From NCBI GenBank assembly GCA_017654855.1, contig CM030332.1, positions 3,472,001 to 3,536,000 of the forward strand: a DNA stretch of 64,000 nt, in the 5' to 3' direction. The notes beneath the pieces are model-generated. The model was given only the letters and a program-made list of their open reading frames with translations. It was not told the DNA's origin and did not search any database. This DNA is from Podospora anserina. Taxonomy: Eukaryota. The position numbers and the translations under genes are program-made. Shown one piece after another: positions 62,622 through 64,000 of this stretch (its first letter is position 1; the number at the start of each line of letters is the position of its first letter).

Positions 62622-64000
62622 CTACTCTCCGCTCCTGGGCGCAAACCCCAGCTTCTTCTCCTCAACATGAAACATGGTCCAGTGAGCCTTGAAGAAAACA
62701 TTTCCATAAATGGCAAAAGGGAAGCCCCTCGAGCTCTGAACACCACCATAGCAGATGGTTGCAGTAGCAGGGTCATCCAAATCAGCCGGGGCAAAGTTGA
62801 TCAGTTCACCGGGAATCACAGCCTTGTAGCTGCTAATGTACAGAGTAAGATCTGGCAAGGTGGAGTTGCAAGGGAAGACCCAGCCGCCGTAGATCTTGGA
62901 GTCGTAAGCATTCGCAACCTGGCGGTAATAAGCCTGGACGATGGCCTCGGGAATCATAAGGAGAGTGGTGCCCGTGTCAGCAATGGCAGGGTGCTCGAGA
63001 GGAACGACAATGTCCGAGATGGCGCTGTTTGTGCCGTTGAACCCGGTGGAAAAGGCCGTGCCCTTGAACTTCCAGTAGCCGCTGGCGGCGTCGACGGGGA
63101 TCATGGTGAGGTTGCCGAGGTACTCGGTCTCGTCAATGAAGCCGAAGTTGTAGTTGCCCTCTGTTTCGTGGTTAGCAAGACAATCTGGCAAAGAGAGGGA
63201 CCAGGACATACCCGCTGCCTTGCGGATGTTGGCGGTGAAAAGGGGCATGGCCAGCGACTTCAAGGCGTTGTCAATGAACGTCTTCTGCTTGTTCGGGCGG
63301 ACCATGTTGATGGACTGGAAGCCAAGTCCCAAGATACCCGAGGAATGCTCATCGCGGGTGAAGGACGAGGAAACCTGGTTAGCGGTCTCTACCGCCTGAT
63401 TCTCCACCTTGATACCCCCCACGTCGACCGTGTCAAGGTAGACCTCGCCGGATGAACCACTGCCGTCACCATAACGGATGGACCAAGTGTGGTTCTGGAG
63501 CTTTTGTGCCGACGTGCTGTTGTCGATGTGGAACAACTTCTGTCCACCTTGCTGAGACACGGGCGTGTTGCTGCTGAACACCCACAGATCAGAGGATCCC
63601 GTGTCGAAGCAAAGGGGGAGCGTCTGAGGAGGGTTCCCAATATCCACCGGGGTCAAGTACTCGACGTCGAAGGGGATGGGAGTAGCAGTCACCTCTCCCT
63701 GCCCCGTGTTGTTGTTATAAGGTGCTGTGGCGTTGTCGGGAGCACGGGCGGACATTAACGACCTAGCCCGCAGGTCAAAGCCGATGTCCAAGAGAATCTG
63801 GCGCAGCACCATAAGAAGGGTCTCGGGAAGTTCGATATCGTATTTTTCGTAGACGGCAGCGAGGGCTCTGGGGCCTTTGCCGTGCTGGTTGAAATGTACA
63901 TTCTTGATCTGGGCGAGCTTGAATGAGCGGCCCTCGATGTTGCGAGACTTGACATCAGACGGATTCGCCTGGAGGACCTGAGGAGCAGCAGCAGCCTCAG
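62622..64000 (-). CDS. Secreted aspartic protease (pepsin family A1); 5' end outside the window
   Basis: FDTGSSDLW and IADTGTTL catalytic motifs, IRYGDGS, GILGLGF; in-frame intron 63161-63211. Confidence 0.95.
   Translation of the reverse strand, partial: EAAAAPQVLQANPSDVKSRNIEGRSFKLAQIKNVHFNQHGKGPRALAAVYEKYDIELPETLLMVLRQILLDIGFDLRARSLMSARAPDNATAPYNNNTGQGEVTATPIPFDVEYLTPVDIGNPPQTLPLCFDTGSSDLWVFSSNTPVSQQGGQKLFHIDNSTSAQKLQNHTWSIRYGDGSGSSGEVYLDTVDVGGIKVENQAVETANQVSSSFTRDEHSSGILGLGFQSINMVRPNKQKTFIDNALKSLAMPLFTANIRKAAGMSWSLSLPDCLANHETEGNYNFGFIDETEYLGNLTMIPVDAASGYWKFKGTAFSTGFNGTNSAISDIVVPLEHPAIADTGTTLLMIPEAIVQAYYRQVANAYDSKIYGGWVFPCNSTLPDLTLYISSYKAVIPGELINFAPADLDDPATATICYGGVQSSRGFPFAIYGNVFFKAHWTMFHVEEKKLGFAPRSGE

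Overview
Eukaryotic, intron-containing genomic DNA from a filamentous ascomycete (Sordariales). The gene style, with C-rich 5' halves, G-rich 3' halves and dispersed 5S genes, resembles Podospora; this is an inference, not a database match. From 1 to 46.3 kb the window is a gene-dense, mostly conserved block: GT17 glycosyltransferase (partial), kinase-like orphan, RIB5, MUS81, PCM1/AGM1, PRMT1/HMT1, MOB2, DNA polymerase lambda, ammonium permease, a coiled-coil protein, an RBR E3 ligase, a frameshifted pseudogene, a GPI-anchored protein, a 3-beta-HSD-like SDR, a PPPDE peptidase, OLA1 (whose third intron holds a C/D snoRNA candidate) and a VPS9-ANK-PX protein. From about 46.4 to 61.2 kb is an accessory, partly decayed island. 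It holds a Mutator-like MITE plus an inverted relic, a head-to-head pair of AAA+ ATPase and NACHT-like pseudogenes, two secreted proteins, a 5S remnant, an intact HeLo-like/ankyrin gene bracketed by two directly repeated 5S rRNA genes, and an internally deleted tyrosinase. CDC26 and a partial aspartic protease close the window. All family calls come from motif recognition by eye; no searches were run.
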